From the NCBI GenBank assembly GCA_965112635.1, contig OZ218778.1:1184001-1248000 (forward strand): a stretch of DNA of 64,000 nt, written 5' to 3'. Below are positions 1 to 12,773 of the stretch, one piece after another; the first letter of the stretch is position 1; each line of letters opens with the position of its first letter. A program made the translations under genes and the position numbers. The notes under the pieces were generated by a model. That model ran no database searches and had not been told where the DNA came from. It saw only the letters and a list, made by a program, of their open reading frames with translations. Origin of the DNA: an uncultured bacterium. GTDB lineage: Bacteria; Oederibacteriota; Oederibacteriia; Oederibacteriales; Oederibacteriaceae.

Positions 1-838
1 CTTAAACAAAAGAAAATATGCGGTATCGAGGGCATTGATACGCGGGCCCTGACCCGTCATCTGCGGAGCCGTGGGGCCATGAAAGGCGCGCTTTCCACGG
101 TCCTACTGGACCCCAAAAAGCTTTTAGCCAAGGTCAAGGCCTATCCCGGACTGGTGGGCAGGGACCTGGTCAAAGAGGTTACCTGCAAAAATCCCTACCC
201 ATTCGACGAACCCCTGGTGGACCTGCATACCAGCCAGGAAGCCCAGCAGCTGCCCCTCCAGCCAGTTAGCCCCAAATTCCGGGTGGTGGTGGTGGACTGC
301 GGGGTCAAAAAGAACATCTTGCGCGAACTGGTGAGCGCGGGATGCCAGGTCACTGTGGTGCCGGCCATGGCCACAGCTGAAAATATCCTGGGCAGCCATC
401 CCGACGGCGTCATGCTTTCCAACGGCCCGGGCGACCCGGCCGCGGTCACCTATACCATCGCAACCGTACGGCAGCTCATCGGTAAAGTACCTATTTTCGG
501 CATCTGCCTGGGCCAGCAGATCTTGGGGCTGGCCATGGGCGGCAAGACCTACAAGCTCAAGTTCGGCCACAGGGGCGCTAACCAGCCGGTCATGGACCTG
601 ACCACCCGCAAGGTGGAGATCACCTCGCACAACCACGGCTTTGCCGTGGACCTGGATTCCTTGGCGGGCAAGGACGTCGAACTGACCCATATCAACCTCA
701 ATGATAAATGCGTGGAAGGCTTTAGGCACAAGACCCTGCCGGTCTTTTGCGTGCAATACCACCCCGAAGCCTCGCCGGGCCCCCACGACGCATCCTACCT
801 GTTCCAGAGGTTCATCGGCCTGATGAAGGGAGGCCGGC

Positions 839-846
<8 letters not shown>
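1..846 (+). CDS. carA: Carbamoyl-phosphate synthase small subunit (5'-truncated by window edge)
   Basis: Frame is open from base 1 ([22 protein letters not shown]); glutamine amidotransferase motifs [25 protein letters not shown]. Confidence 0.97.
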
Positions 847-4081
<3,235 letters not shown>

Positions 4082-4136
4082 AAATCAGTAGAATAGGCGT
4101 TATTAAACAGATCGTTCAAAGAGAACGGGAGACATA

Positions 4137-4970
4137 GTGGAACTGACCGGAGAGGTCCTCACCAATCAAAAGATAACCCTGGATTTTTACCATATGAAAT
4201 TGAAAGTGCCGCGGGCTTTCCGGTCGGCCCGGCCGGGCCAGTTCCTCCACGCCCGGATCGATTTCCACGCCACAGATCCCCTGATGCGCCGCCCTATCTC
4301 CCTTTACCGCGTCCACAAACAGGGCAAGGACTGGCTGGCCGAGATCCTTTACCGGGCCGTGGGACACGGCACCGAGATCCTGTCCACCCTGAAACCCGGT
4401 GATTTGCTCAACTTTTTAGGGCCCCAGGGCAACGGTTATCAGGTCCGTTCGCAGGACAGGACCGCCATCATGGTCGCGGGCGGATACGGGGTAGGGCCGC
4501 TATATTTCCTCAGCGAAAGGCTGCTAAAGAGCAAGCGGAGCAGGGTCAAGGACATCCACGTGATCATCGGGGCGCGCAATAAGGAACACCTGCTGTGCGT
4601 CAAGGAGTTCCAGGACCTGGGCGTGCAAGTGCATGTCACCACCAATGACGGCAGTATGGGGCTCAAGGGCGTAGTCACGGACTATTTATCCAAGCTTTTG
4701 TCCTCCAAAAAACTCAAAAAAACAAAAACCTGCGTTTATGCTTGCGGGCCCGAGGCTATGCTCAAAAAAGTAGCTGAGGTGAGCGGAAAACATGAGGTGC
4801 TTTGCCAGATCTCCATGGAAGAGCGCATGGGCTGCAGCCTGGGGGTGTGCATGGGCTGTATTTGCAAGATAAAAAAAGACAGGCCGGCCAAAGGCAGCCT
4901 TCCTTACCGGTTCTTGAGGGTGTGCACCGATGGCCCGGTGTTTGAGGGGAGTAAAATAGAATTCGAATGA
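4137..4970 (+). CDS. pyrK: Dihydroorotate dehydrogenase electron transfer subunit
   Basis: RRPIS FAD motif, GPQGNG, ACGP, 2Fe-2S motif CSLGVCMGC...VCTDGPVF; directly upstream of pyrD. Confidence 0.93.
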   Translation: MELTGEVLTNQKITLDFYHMKLKVPRAFRSARPGQFLHARIDFHATDPLMRRPISLYRVHKQGKDWLAEILYRAVGHGTEILSTLKPGDLLNFLGPQGNGYQVRSQDRTAIMVAGGYGVGPLYFLSERLLKSKRSRVKDIHVIIGARNKEHLLCVKEFQDLGVQVHVTTNDGSMGLKGVVTDYLSKLLSSKKLKKTKTCVYACGPEAMLKKVAEVSGKHEVLCQISMEERMGCSLGVCMGCICKIKKDRPAKGSLPYRFLRVCTDGPVFEGSKIEFE

Positions 4971-5086
4971 AGAAAAAAGTAAACTTCGAAAGGGCTTTTC
5001 GACGCGATCGAACCTGAAAGGGAACGCATAATTTGTAAAGCAGGTTCGATCGAAAGTTTTGGTTAAATTTAAAGAAGGATAGATTC

Positions 5087-6067
5087 ATGAGAAAAAAGGT
5101 TAAAAAACTCAAAAAACAACTGATAGAAAATGTGGAGCAGGTGAGGCCTTACCTGGGCGTGAAGCTGGGCGGGGTCAATATGAAAAATCCCGTGATGGTG
5201 GCTTCCGGGACCTTTGGCTACGCCGAAGAGTTCTCCAAGCTGATGGATCTCAGCAAGCTGGGCGCTCTGGTGGTCAAATCCGTGACCCTCAAAGAGACCA
5301 TGGGTAACCCCGCTCCCCGGTTGTGGGAGACGCCTTCGGGCCTTTTGAACGCCATTGGCCTGCAGAATATCGGCGTCAAGAAATTCATCAAGGAAAAGAT
5401 GCCCTTTTTGAGGAAGCTGGACACGGCCATTATCGTCAATATCGCGGGCAAGTCTGTCCGGGAATATATTGAGTTGGCCGACCGATTGGACGATGTTCCC
5501 GGGATCGCCGGGCTGGAGCTCAATATTTCCTGTCCTAATGTCAAAGAAGGCATGTTCGCTTTTGGCAGCAACCCGCGGGCCACGCATGACCTGGTGTCCG
5601 GGGTGCGGCAGGTCACCGATCTGCCCCTCATCACCAAGCTGTCGCCCAATGTGACCGATGTGGCCATGATGGCCAAGGTCGCCGAGGAAGCCGGGACCAG
5701 CGTGATCTCGCTGGTCAACACCTTCCTGGCTATGGCCATTGACCCGGAAACGCGCAGGACCAAGCTGGCCAACGGGTTCGGGGGATTGTCCGGACCGGCC
5801 ATCCGGCCTATCGCGGTCAGGATGGTTTACCAGACCAAAAAAGTGGTCCGGGTCCCTGTGGTGGGCATGGGCGGTATCATGAACACTTCGGACGCTCTGG
5901 AGTTCATCCTGGCCGGAGCCAGCGCGGTGTCCATCGGCACGGCCAATTTCGTGGATCCCAAGGCCAGCCTCAAGATCATCAACGGCATTGAAGAGTATCT
6001 TATCCGGCACAACATGGCCGACTTCCATGACCTGGTCGGTAAGGTCATTTTCACCAGACGGGACTAG
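5087..6067 (+). CDS. pyrD: Dihydroorotate dehydrogenase class 1B catalytic subunit
   Basis: [43 protein letters not shown]. Confidence 0.96.
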   Translation: MRKKVKKLKKQLIENVEQVRPYLGVKLGGVNMKNPVMVASGTFGYAEEFSKLMDLSKLGALVVKSVTLKETMGNPAPRLWETPSGLLNAIGLQNIGVKKFIKEKMPFLRKLDTAIIVNIAGKSVREYIELADRLDDVPGIAGLELNISCPNVKEGMFAFGSNPRATHDLVSGVRQVTDLPLITKLSPNVTDVAMMAKVAEEAGTSVISLVNTFLAMAIDPETRRTKLANGFGGLSGPAIRPIAVRMVYQTKKVVRVPVVGMGGIMNTSDALEFILAGASAVSIGTANFVDPKASLKIINGIEEYLIRHNMADFHDLVGKVIFTRRD

Positions 6068-6069
6068 CC

Positions 6070-6462
6070 ATGAAGGCCTGGCCTTTTATTGTCCTCGGCC
6101 TTTGCCTGCTGCAGGGTTGCGCGTCGCTGTCCCAAAAGGTGGGGAACAGGGATTTTGCTCCGGAGGAGGGCCTGGCCTCCTGGTATGGCGCGGATAAGAG
6201 CCATATCATCGAGGACGGAGGGCCGACGGCCAGCGGCGAGCGTTATGACATGTATGACCTGACCGCGGCCCATAAGACCCTGCCTATGGGCACCATGGTC
6301 AAAGTGACCAACCTGGAGAACGGCAGGACCGTTATCGTGCGCATCAACGACCGCGGGCCTTATATCAAAGGCCGTATCATTGACCTGTCCCTCAAAGCCG
6401 CCCGCATCATCGGCATCGAGGGCAAGGGCACGGCCAAAGTCAGGATAGAGCCAGCGGGTTAA
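6070..6462 (+). CDS. rlpA: RlpA-family septal ring lytic transglycosylase lipoprotein (DPBB domain only)
   Basis: Lipobox LQGC; [25 protein letters not shown]. Confidence 0.92.
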   Translation: MKAWPFIVLGLCLLQGCASLSQKVGNRDFAPEEGLASWYGADKSHIIEDGGPTASGERYDMYDLTAAHKTLPMGTMVKVTNLENGRTVIVRINDRGPYIKGRIIDLSLKAARIIGIEGKGTAKVRIEPAG

Positions 6463-6474
6463 CAGAGGAGATAA

Positions 6475-7176
6475 ATGGATAACCGAGAAAGATTGATCGT
6501 GGCCCTGGATGTAGCGAGTCCAGACGAGGGGCTTGTTTGGGCCAATAAATTAAAGGGGAAAGTGGGCGTTTTTAAGGTCGGCCTGCAGCTTTTCACGGCA
6601 GGCGGGCCAAAGCTGGTCAAGGATATGCAGGCAACCGGAGCCAAAATATTTTTGGATCTGAAGTTTCACGATATCCCCAACACCGTGGCCAAGGCTGTGG
6701 AGCAGGCGGTTGCCTTAAAAGTAGAGATGGTCACCCTGCACACCAGCGGCGGGAGCGAGATGATGAAAGCCGCGGTGCAGGCTAGAGGTAAAGCTAAGAA
6801 ACCTTTGCTCCTGGGCGTCACTGTTTTGACCAGTTTGCATCCTGAAGTTCTCAAGCAGGAGCTGTTCGTCGCCCAATCTTTGCCAGACCAGGTGGTATCT
6901 CTGGCCAAACTGGCCCAGCAGTCCGGTCTGGACGGGGTGGTGGCCTCAGCGCAGGAAGCTTCGCTCATCCGACAGGCCTGCGGCAAGGAATTTTTGATAG
7001 TAACTCCTGGCATCCGTTTGCCGGAGAACAAAGTACAGGACCAGAAAAGAGTTCTAGGCCCCAAACAGGCGCTGGAAGCAGGGGCGGATTATCTGGTGGT
7101 CGGCCGACCCATTCTTGGTGTTGAAAACCCGGTGGCCGCGGCGGATAAGATGGTTGAAGAGATGAGCAAGAGTTAA
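6475..7176 (+). CDS. pyrF: Orotidine-5'-phosphate decarboxylase
   Basis: IVALD, FLDLKFHDIPNTV, TPGIR, VVGRPI. Confidence 0.97.
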   Translation: MDNRERLIVALDVASPDEGLVWANKLKGKVGVFKVGLQLFTAGGPKLVKDMQATGAKIFLDLKFHDIPNTVAKAVEQAVALKVEMVTLHTSGGSEMMKAAVQARGKAKKPLLLGVTVLTSLHPEVLKQELFVAQSLPDQVVSLAKLAQQSGLDGVVASAQEASLIRQACGKEFLIVTPGIRLPENKVQDQKRVLGPKQALEAGADYLVVGRPILGVENPVAAADKMVEEMSKS

Positions 7177-7267
7177 ATGGTAATCCGCCAGTCCTGTGGA
7201 CTGGCGAGATAACAGGCTGCTGAAGGACTGTTATTAGGTGAGGCAGCAGCCTATTAGGAGGATTTTG

Positions 7268-7840
7268 ATGACTTCAGAGCAGGTTTATGAGCTGCTGAAA
7301 AAGTGCGGGGCAATTTTAGAGGGGCATTTTCTGCTGACTTCGGGCAAGCACAGCGGGCTCTATGTGGAGAAATTCCGGGTCTTGCAGTATCCGGACTACA
7401 CAGAGAAGCTTTGTCAAGAGATAGCCCGCAGGTTCAAGGACGACAAGATAGAGGTGGTGGTCGGGCCCATGACCGGAGGCATTATCCTGTCCCATGTGAC
7501 GGCAAAGATACTGGGATGCCGTTCCATCTTTACCGAGCGGGAGAACGGCGTGATGGCCCTGCGCCGGGGCTTTGAGATCAAAGAAGGCGAGAGGGTGCTG
7601 GTGGTGGAGGACATTGTGACCACGGGCGGTTCGGTCGTGGAGGTCCTCAAGGCCATCGAGAAGTTCAAGCCCAACCTCATCGGAGTCGGGCTGCTGGTGG
7701 AACGCTCCAAAACGGACATCGATTTCGGCGTGCGCAAAGAGCCTCTGCTCAAACTGAGCATCGAGGCCTGGGAAAAGGGCGAGTGCCCCCTATGCGCCAA
7801 AGGAACTCCGGCCATCAAGCCGGGCAGCCGGTCGCTTTGA
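7268..7840 (+). CDS. pyrE: Orotate phosphoribosyltransferase
   Basis: GHFLLTSGKHS, VVEDIVTTGGS; ATG at 7268 follows an AGGAGG RBS, preferred over the track start at 7238. Confidence 0.95.
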   Translation: MTSEQVYELLKKCGAILEGHFLLTSGKHSGLYVEKFRVLQYPDYTEKLCQEIARRFKDDKIEVVVGPMTGGIILSHVTAKILGCRSIFTERENGVMALRRGFEIKEGERVLVVEDIVTTGGSVVEVLKAIEKFKPNLIGVGLLVERSKTDIDFGVRKEPLLKLSIEAWEKGECPLCAKGTPAIKPGSRSL

Positions 7841-7864
7841 CAACGCCGGGCCATTCGGTATAAT
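7837..7864 (+). promoter_or_regulatory. Sigma70-type promoter
   Basis: Exact TTGACA (7837-7842), 16 bp, exact TATAAT (7859-7864); overlaps the pyrE stop codon. Confidence 0.75.
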
Positions 7865-7896
7865 TTAAAAAAAAGACGCACAGGAGAGTATTTTAA

Positions 7897-7926
7897 GTGG
7901 ACGCAGGCGGTTGTTGTTCCAGGTAG
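7897..7926 (+). CDS. Putative 9-aa leader peptide MDAGGCCSR
   Basis: AGGAG at 7882-7886, GTG start, tandem TGT TGT Cys codons, TAG stop; lies between the promoter and a terminator. Confidence 0.4.
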   Translation: MDAGGCCSR

Positions 7927-7934
7927 AAAATCTG

Positions 7935-7966
7935 ACCCGGTCTCCCTTGGGAAGACCGGGTTTTTT
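7935..7966 (+). terminator. Intrinsic terminator / attenuator hairpin
   Basis: ACCCGGTCT...AGACCGGGT stem followed by a T run. Confidence 0.8.
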
Positions 7967-7971
7967 GCGGA

Positions 7972-8706
7972 ATGGTGAAAGGAGAAAAGGTGGGCAGTTC
8001 AGCCGGAGACGGCGACGGGTCGAGTAAACCAAACGGATTCGTTGAAATAGCGGGAGTGCTGGTCCAGGAAAAAATCCTGAAGGAATCGTTCCAATGCGAC
8101 CCCCTGAAATACCGATGCCAGGCGGGCTGCTGCAGCCGGGGATGCCTGATGCACCCTCATGAGATCAAGAAGATCAGGCAGTACTGGGACACCATCAAAA
8201 AATACATCGAACCGGAGCGCCGGGCCTATACCCACCAGGAGGGAGACAAGACCTTTTTTGAGGAGTGCCGGCCCAACTGCCCGTGCGGGTTCATCCTGGG
8301 AGAGCACGAAACCCGCTACGTCAAGGCGCACGTGCCCAAAGGCGCCGCCCTGAGGACCTTTTGCACCCGCAACATCGGCCCCATGTGTTTTTTCGCCTAC
8401 CACAAGGATGGGGAGCAGTGGTGCGCGCTCCATTCGGCGGCCCTGGAGCTCAAGATCCCCCTGCAGGATATCAAACCTTTGGATTGCATTCAGTTCCCTC
8501 TGGCCGTCACCCATGAGCAGGATAAGACCCACCTGGTCTTCCAGGACACCAAGGAGTTCTGCGGCCTGCCCTGCGAGGGGAAGGAAAGCCCGGCAAAGAT
8601 GTTCGTCACGCTCAAGGACTCCATTGTCCTGCTCCTGGGGGAACAGTTCTACGCTGAGCTGGCCCGTTACGCCAAGCTAAAGGAGAAGCAAAGCATTGCC
8701 GCATAA
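7972..8706 (+). CDS. Cys-rich DUF3109/YkgJ-like putative metal or Fe-S binding protein (start may be GTG 7990)
   Basis: FQCD..CQAGCCSRGC, CALH..A, KPLDCIQFPL pattern; AGGAG at 7980-7984 precedes GTG 7990. Confidence 0.65.
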   Translation: MVKGEKVGSSAGDGDGSSKPNGFVEIAGVLVQEKILKESFQCDPLKYRCQAGCCSRGCLMHPHEIKKIRQYWDTIKKYIEPERRAYTHQEGDKTFFEECRPNCPCGFILGEHETRYVKAHVPKGAALRTFCTRNIGPMCFFAYHKDGEQWCALHSAALELKIPLQDIKPLDCIQFPLAVTHEQDKTHLVFQDTKEFCGLPCEGKESPAKMFVTLKDSIVLLLGEQFYAELARYAKLKEKQSIAA

Positions 8707-9490
8707 TTCGCCGTTCTCGCTGAAATTTCTGGCTAGGGTCCGTAATACCGTAGGCCTTTTGCTCGTGTTCTGCCTGGCCGGAGAGGGGGTCGTCCCTGTT
8801 TACGCCGCCAAGGCCGCTGCCACGCCCACCCTGGAGTTCGAGGAAAATATCCAGACCCCTACGCCCCAGGCTGTCCTGACCGCGACCCCGGCGGACACCG
8901 CGACGCCCGTGCCCACGGCCACGCGGACCATGACGCCGGTGCCAGGAGTATCCAAGTCCGAGTTCCAGCAAGTCCGCAAAGAGGTGGACGAGCTTTCCGA
9001 CAAGATGCCCGACATGAAGACCAGGCTGGCCAAGCAGGAGGAGGCCGCCAAGGACCTGTCCCAGGCTTTGGACAGCCTCAAGGACAAGCTGGATAACCTG
9101 GATAAAAAGCTCGGCAGCCTCAGGGAGGACTGGCAAACGGCTGACGCGGGCAATGTCAAAAAGATGGACCTCAAGAACATGGAAGACCTGACCCGGGAGC
9201 TCAAGCAGAGCGCGGAGGCTTCCCAGACCAAGGTCAATGACTTTGAGAACGAGATCAAGAAGGACCAGGACCAGCTCAACGGCCTGAACGACATGGTCAC
9301 GGTCCTGCGCAAGGACAGCCAGGACAACGCCCTGGAAGTGGCCGGGGTGAAAAAGGACATGGAGGCCATCAAGAACCCGGCTCCGGCCAAATCCCCTGAA
9401 ATGACCGATATGCTCAACTGGCCCTACTGGGGCGTCACGGCCGCCGGCCTGGCGGTCGTGGCCATTGTCCTGGCCGTGACCGTCCATTGA
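8696..9490 (+). CDS. Hypothetical exported coiled-coil protein with C-terminal membrane anchor
   Basis: Signal-like N-terminus, Thr/Pro linker, long heptad-rich segment, terminal TM (WGVTAAGLAVVAIVLAV); host-like codon usage. Confidence 0.7.
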   Translation: MPHNSPFSLKFLARVRNTVGLLLVFCLAGEGVVPVYAAKAAATPTLEFEENIQTPTPQAVLTATPADTATPVPTATRTMTPVPGVSKSEFQQVRKEVDELSDKMPDMKTRLAKQEEAAKDLSQALDSLKDKLDNLDKKLGSLREDWQTADAGNVKKMDLKNMEDLTRELKQSAEASQTKVNDFENEIKKDQDQLNGLNDMVTVLRKDSQDNALEVAGVKKDMEAIKNPAPAKSPEMTDMLNWPYWGVTAAGLAVVAIVLAVTVH

Positions 9491-9540
9491 TTTTCCACCC
9501 GCTAAAAAACCGCTGAACAGAACCCCCCGGTGTTATACAA

Positions 9541-9643
9541 TAACCCTGCGAGAGTGCCACGGCCTTCCCAATTCGAAGATTAAAAAGAGTTTGGCCGTGG
9601 GTGAATCGCAGCCCGTAGTGAGCGTTAGCGAGCGTAGGGGTTA
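9541..9643 (+). mobile_element. Palindromic non-autonomous element (IS200/IS605-like, PATE-type), family copy A
   Basis: CTGCGA-GAGT-GCCACGGCC...GGCCGTGG-GTGAA-TCGCAG then GCCCG..AG..AGGGG; aligns with the reverse complement of 18476-18548 with compensatory changes. Confidence 0.5.
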
Positions 9644-9712
9644 CTTCGCATGCTCCCCTCCAATATTGCGGCGCATGCGAAGGGAACAGAACCATAGACC
9701 ATAAGGAGCGAA

Positions 9713-10531
9713 ATGCCTGAATTACCCGAAGTTGAAGTCATCCGCAGGCAGGCCCACAAGGCCCTCGCGGGAAAGAAGATAGACAGGATCGAGGTTTACA
9801 CCCGGTCGCTCGTCCGCACGCCTTTGCCCGCGTTCAAAAGGTCCCTCAAGGGCGCCGTGGTCAAAAGCGTCAGCCGGAGGGCCAAGTACCTGCTTTTTGA
9901 GTTCGTCCAGCCCCTGGTCCTGCTGGTGCACCTCAAGATGACCGGCCAGCTGCTCTACAGCCCAACAAGGAAAAAAGACAAGCATACGCATGTCATCTTC
10001 AGGTTCAGCGACGGCACTTACCTGCATTATTCCGATGTCAGGAAATTCGGGTCTTTGTGGCTCTACAGCCAGGACAGCCTGGCCAAAGTGAAGGAGCTCA
10101 AAGCCCTGGGCCTGGAGCCTCTGGGCCCGGAGTGCAACTGGGACAAGTTCCAGGGAATGCTCTCCGAGAAAAAGGGCAGGATCAAGCCCCTCCTGATGGA
10201 CCAGAGCTTCATCAGCGGCATCGGCAACATCTATTCCGACGAGGTCCTGTTCCAGGCGCGGGTGCATCCCTTGCGAAAAGTGGAAAGCTTGAAACCCGGG
10301 GAATGCAAAGAGATCTTTCACGCCATCAAGGACAAGCTGGAGGAAGGGATACGGCGCGGAGGCAGTTCGGTGGACGATTACCGGGACCTTTTTGGGGATA
10401 AGGGGACCATGCAGGACCATCTCGAGGTCTACGGCCGCAAGGGCCAGAAATGCCTGCGCTGCGGCCTGGCCATCAAGACAGCCCGCTTGAGCGGCCGCAC
10501 CACCCATTTTTGCGACTACTGCCAGAAGTAG
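9713..10531 (+). CDS. mutM: Formamidopyrimidine-DNA glycosylase
   Basis: [24 protein letters not shown]-terminal CxxC...CxxC zinc finger. Confidence 0.97.
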   Translation: MPELPEVEVIRRQAHKALAGKKIDRIEVYTRSLVRTPLPAFKRSLKGAVVKSVSRRAKYLLFEFVQPLVLLVHLKMTGQLLYSPTRKKDKHTHVIFRFSDGTYLHYSDVRKFGSLWLYSQDSLAKVKELKALGLEPLGPECNWDKFQGMLSEKKGRIKPLLMDQSFISGIGNIYSDEVLFQARVHPLRKVESLKPGECKEIFHAIKDKLEEGIRRGGSSVDDYRDLFGDKGTMQDHLEVYGRKGQKCLRCGLAIKTARLSGRTTHFCDYCQK

Positions 10532-10556
10532 TTATTCTGATCAAAGGAACTTTCCC

Positions 10557-12686
10557 ATGCCTTTCCAATTAGTCTCTGATTTCAAACCCAAAGGCGACCA
10601 GCCCCAGGCCATCAAGGCCCTGGTGGACCAGTGCCAAAAAGGCGCTCCCCGTCAGACCCTGCTGGGCGTGACCGGCTCGGGCAAGACCTTTACCATGGCC
10701 TGCGTCATCGAGGCTTTGCAGAGGCCGGCCCTGGTCATCTCGCACAATAAAACATTAGCAGCCCAGCTCTACAGCGAGTTCAAGGATTTTTTCCCCAAGA
10801 ATGCCGTGGAGTATTTCGTGAGCTATTACGACTACTACCAGCCCGAAGCCTACATCCCGCAGACCGACACCTATATCGCCAAGGACGCTTCCATCAACCA
10901 GGAACTGGACCGTCTGCGGTTGTCCGCGACCCACTCCCTGCTGACCCGCAGGGACACCGTGGTGGTGGCTTCGGTCTCCTGCATCTACGGCATCGGTTCG
11001 CCGACGACCTGGCAGAACATGCTCGTGTTCCTCAAAGAGGGCGAGGAATACCCCCGCGACCGGTTTTTCAAGAGCCTGGTGGACATGCAGTACAGCCGCA
11101 ACGACATCGACTTTTTCAGGGGCAACTTCCGGGTGCGGGGCGACACCGTGGAGATCTATCCCTCCTACGGCGACACGGCCTTCCGGCTGGAATTTTTCGG
11201 CGACAAGCTGGAAAAACTGACGGAGATAGACACGCTTACGGCCACCAAGATACGGGGCCACCGTTCCCTGGCCGTTTATCCGGCCAAGCACTATGTCATG
11301 CCGCAGGACGAGATGAAAAAGTCCCTGCAGAACATCGAGGACGAACTGCAGGAACGCCTGGCCGAGCTGAAAAAAGACAACAAGCTGGTGGAATTCCAGC
11401 GCCTGGAGCAGCGCACGCATTTTGACCTGGAAATGATGCAGGAGATAGGGTACTGCAGCGGCATCGAGAACTATTCCAGGCATCTGGACGGCCGCAAACC
11501 CGGGGAACCGCCCTACACCCTGCTGGATTATCTGCCGCAGGACGCCCTTATCTTCATCGATGAGTCCCATGTGACCCTCCCCCAGCTCCACGGGATGTAC
11601 AAGGGCGACCGGTCGCGCAAGGATTCGCTGGTGGAATACGGGTTCAGGCTAAGGTCAGCCTATGACAACCGGCCTTTGTATTTCGAGGAGTTTGAACAGC
11701 GCGCCAAGCAGGTCGTGTTCGTGTCCGCCACGCCCGCCGAATACGAGCTGAAACAAAGCAAAAAGCTGGTGGCCGAGCAGATCATCAGGCCGACGGGCCT
11801 GTCCGACCCGCAGGTCATCCTCAAAAAATCAACAGGCCAGATCGACGATGTGATGGCTGAGATACGCCGGCGCGCCGGCGACAAGGAACGGACCCTGGTG
11901 ACCACCCTGACCAAACGCATGGCCGAAGACCTGACCGAGTATTTAAAAGGGGTGGGCATCAAGGTCCAGTACCTGCATTCGGACGTGGAAACATTGGAAC
12001 GGGTCAAGATCATCCGGGAATTGCGCCTGGGGACCTACGACGTGCTGGTGGGCATCAACCTCCTGCGGGAAGGTTTGGACATCCCCGAGGTGTCCCTGGT
12101 GGCCATCCTGGACGCGGACAAGGAAGGGTTCCTCAGGTCCGAGCGGTCGCTCATCCAGACCATGGGCCGGGCGGCCCGCCATATCAAGGGCACGGTCATC
12201 CTTTACGCGGACAAGCTCACGGACTCCATCAAAAAAGCCATAGCCGAGACCAGCCGCCGCCGCGACATCCAGCTGGAATACAACAAAAAGAACCACATCA
12301 CGCCGGAGTCCGTCAAAAAAGCCATTCGGGAGGATATCAGCACGGTTTACGAGGCCGATTACTACACGGTGCCGCTGACCGGAGGCGTGGTGGCTGCCGA
12401 GGACAAGGCTGCCTACATCCCGCCGGACGAACTACCCAAGATCATCGTGGGGCTGGAGCAGAAGATGAGGGAAGCGGCCCGCAGGCTGGAGTTCGAAAAG
12501 GCCGCGCTCATCCGCGACCGCATCAAGAGCCTGCGCGAACACATGCAGGGCATCGCACCGTCAGAAAAGGAAGTGCTGGAACTGCTGGGATTGTCCGCGA
12601 AAAAAGGACGTGAAATCGTCCAGCAGAACAAAAAGTTAAAATCTAAAAGAGCCAAGCTGAAAATTAGAAAAACAGATGTAAAATAA
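10557..12686 (+). CDS. uvrB: Excinuclease ABC subunit B
   Basis: [18 protein letters not shown] beta-hairpin, [15 protein letters not shown]-terminal UVR domain. Confidence 0.99.
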   Translation: MPFQLVSDFKPKGDQPQAIKALVDQCQKGAPRQTLLGVTGSGKTFTMACVIEALQRPALVISHNKTLAAQLYSEFKDFFPKNAVEYFVSYYDYYQPEAYIPQTDTYIAKDASINQELDRLRLSATHSLLTRRDTVVVASVSCIYGIGSPTTWQNMLVFLKEGEEYPRDRFFKSLVDMQYSRNDIDFFRGNFRVRGDTVEIYPSYGDTAFRLEFFGDKLEKLTEIDTLTATKIRGHRSLAVYPAKHYVMPQDEMKKSLQNIEDELQERLAELKKDNKLVEFQRLEQRTHFDLEMMQEIGYCSGIENYSRHLDGRKPGEPPYTLLDYLPQDALIFIDESHVTLPQLHGMYKGDRSRKDSLVEYGFRLRSAYDNRPLYFEEFEQRAKQVVFVSATPAEYELKQSKKLVAEQIIRPTGLSDPQVILKKSTGQIDDVMAEIRRRAGDKERTLVTTLTKRMAEDLTEYLKGVGIKVQYLHSDVETLERVKIIRELRLGTYDVLVGINLLREGLDIPEVSLVAILDADKEGFLRSERSLIQTMGRAARHIKGTVILYADKLTDSIKKAIAETSRRRDIQLEYNKKNHITPESVKKAIREDISTVYEADYYTVPLTGGVVAAEDKAAYIPPDELPKIIVGLEQKMREAARRLEFEKAALIRDRIKSLREHMQGIAPSEKEVLELLGLSAKKGREIVQQNKKLKSKRAKLKIRKTDVK
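12591..12650 (+). repeat. uvrB 3'-end direct repeat, copy 1 (in-frame)
   Basis: TTGTCCGCGAAAAAAGGACGTGAAATCGTCCAGCAG... ([13 protein letters not shown]) recurs at 14486. Confidence 0.9.
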
Positions 12687-12693
12687 GACTAAA

Positions 12694-12766
12694 TGTATAC
12701 CTAAGGTAGACAAATTATAGTAAATGCAAACTAATAATTGATGTTTGTTTTAATAAATGCTAATAT
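12694..12766 (+). promoter_or_regulatory. abiE promoter/operator region, probably leaderless transcript
   Basis: Imperfect palindrome TGTATACCT-A-AGGTAGACA (12694-12712); TTGATG-17bp-TAATAT with extended TG, ending 7 nt before ATG 12774; no RBS visible. Confidence 0.5.
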
Positions 12767-12773
12767 GTAAACC

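Noticed and set aside
9515-9524. GAAC repeats upstream of mutM-uvrB as a LexA box
   Set aside because: Spacing fits neither GAAC-N4-GTTC nor GAAC-N7-GAAC.
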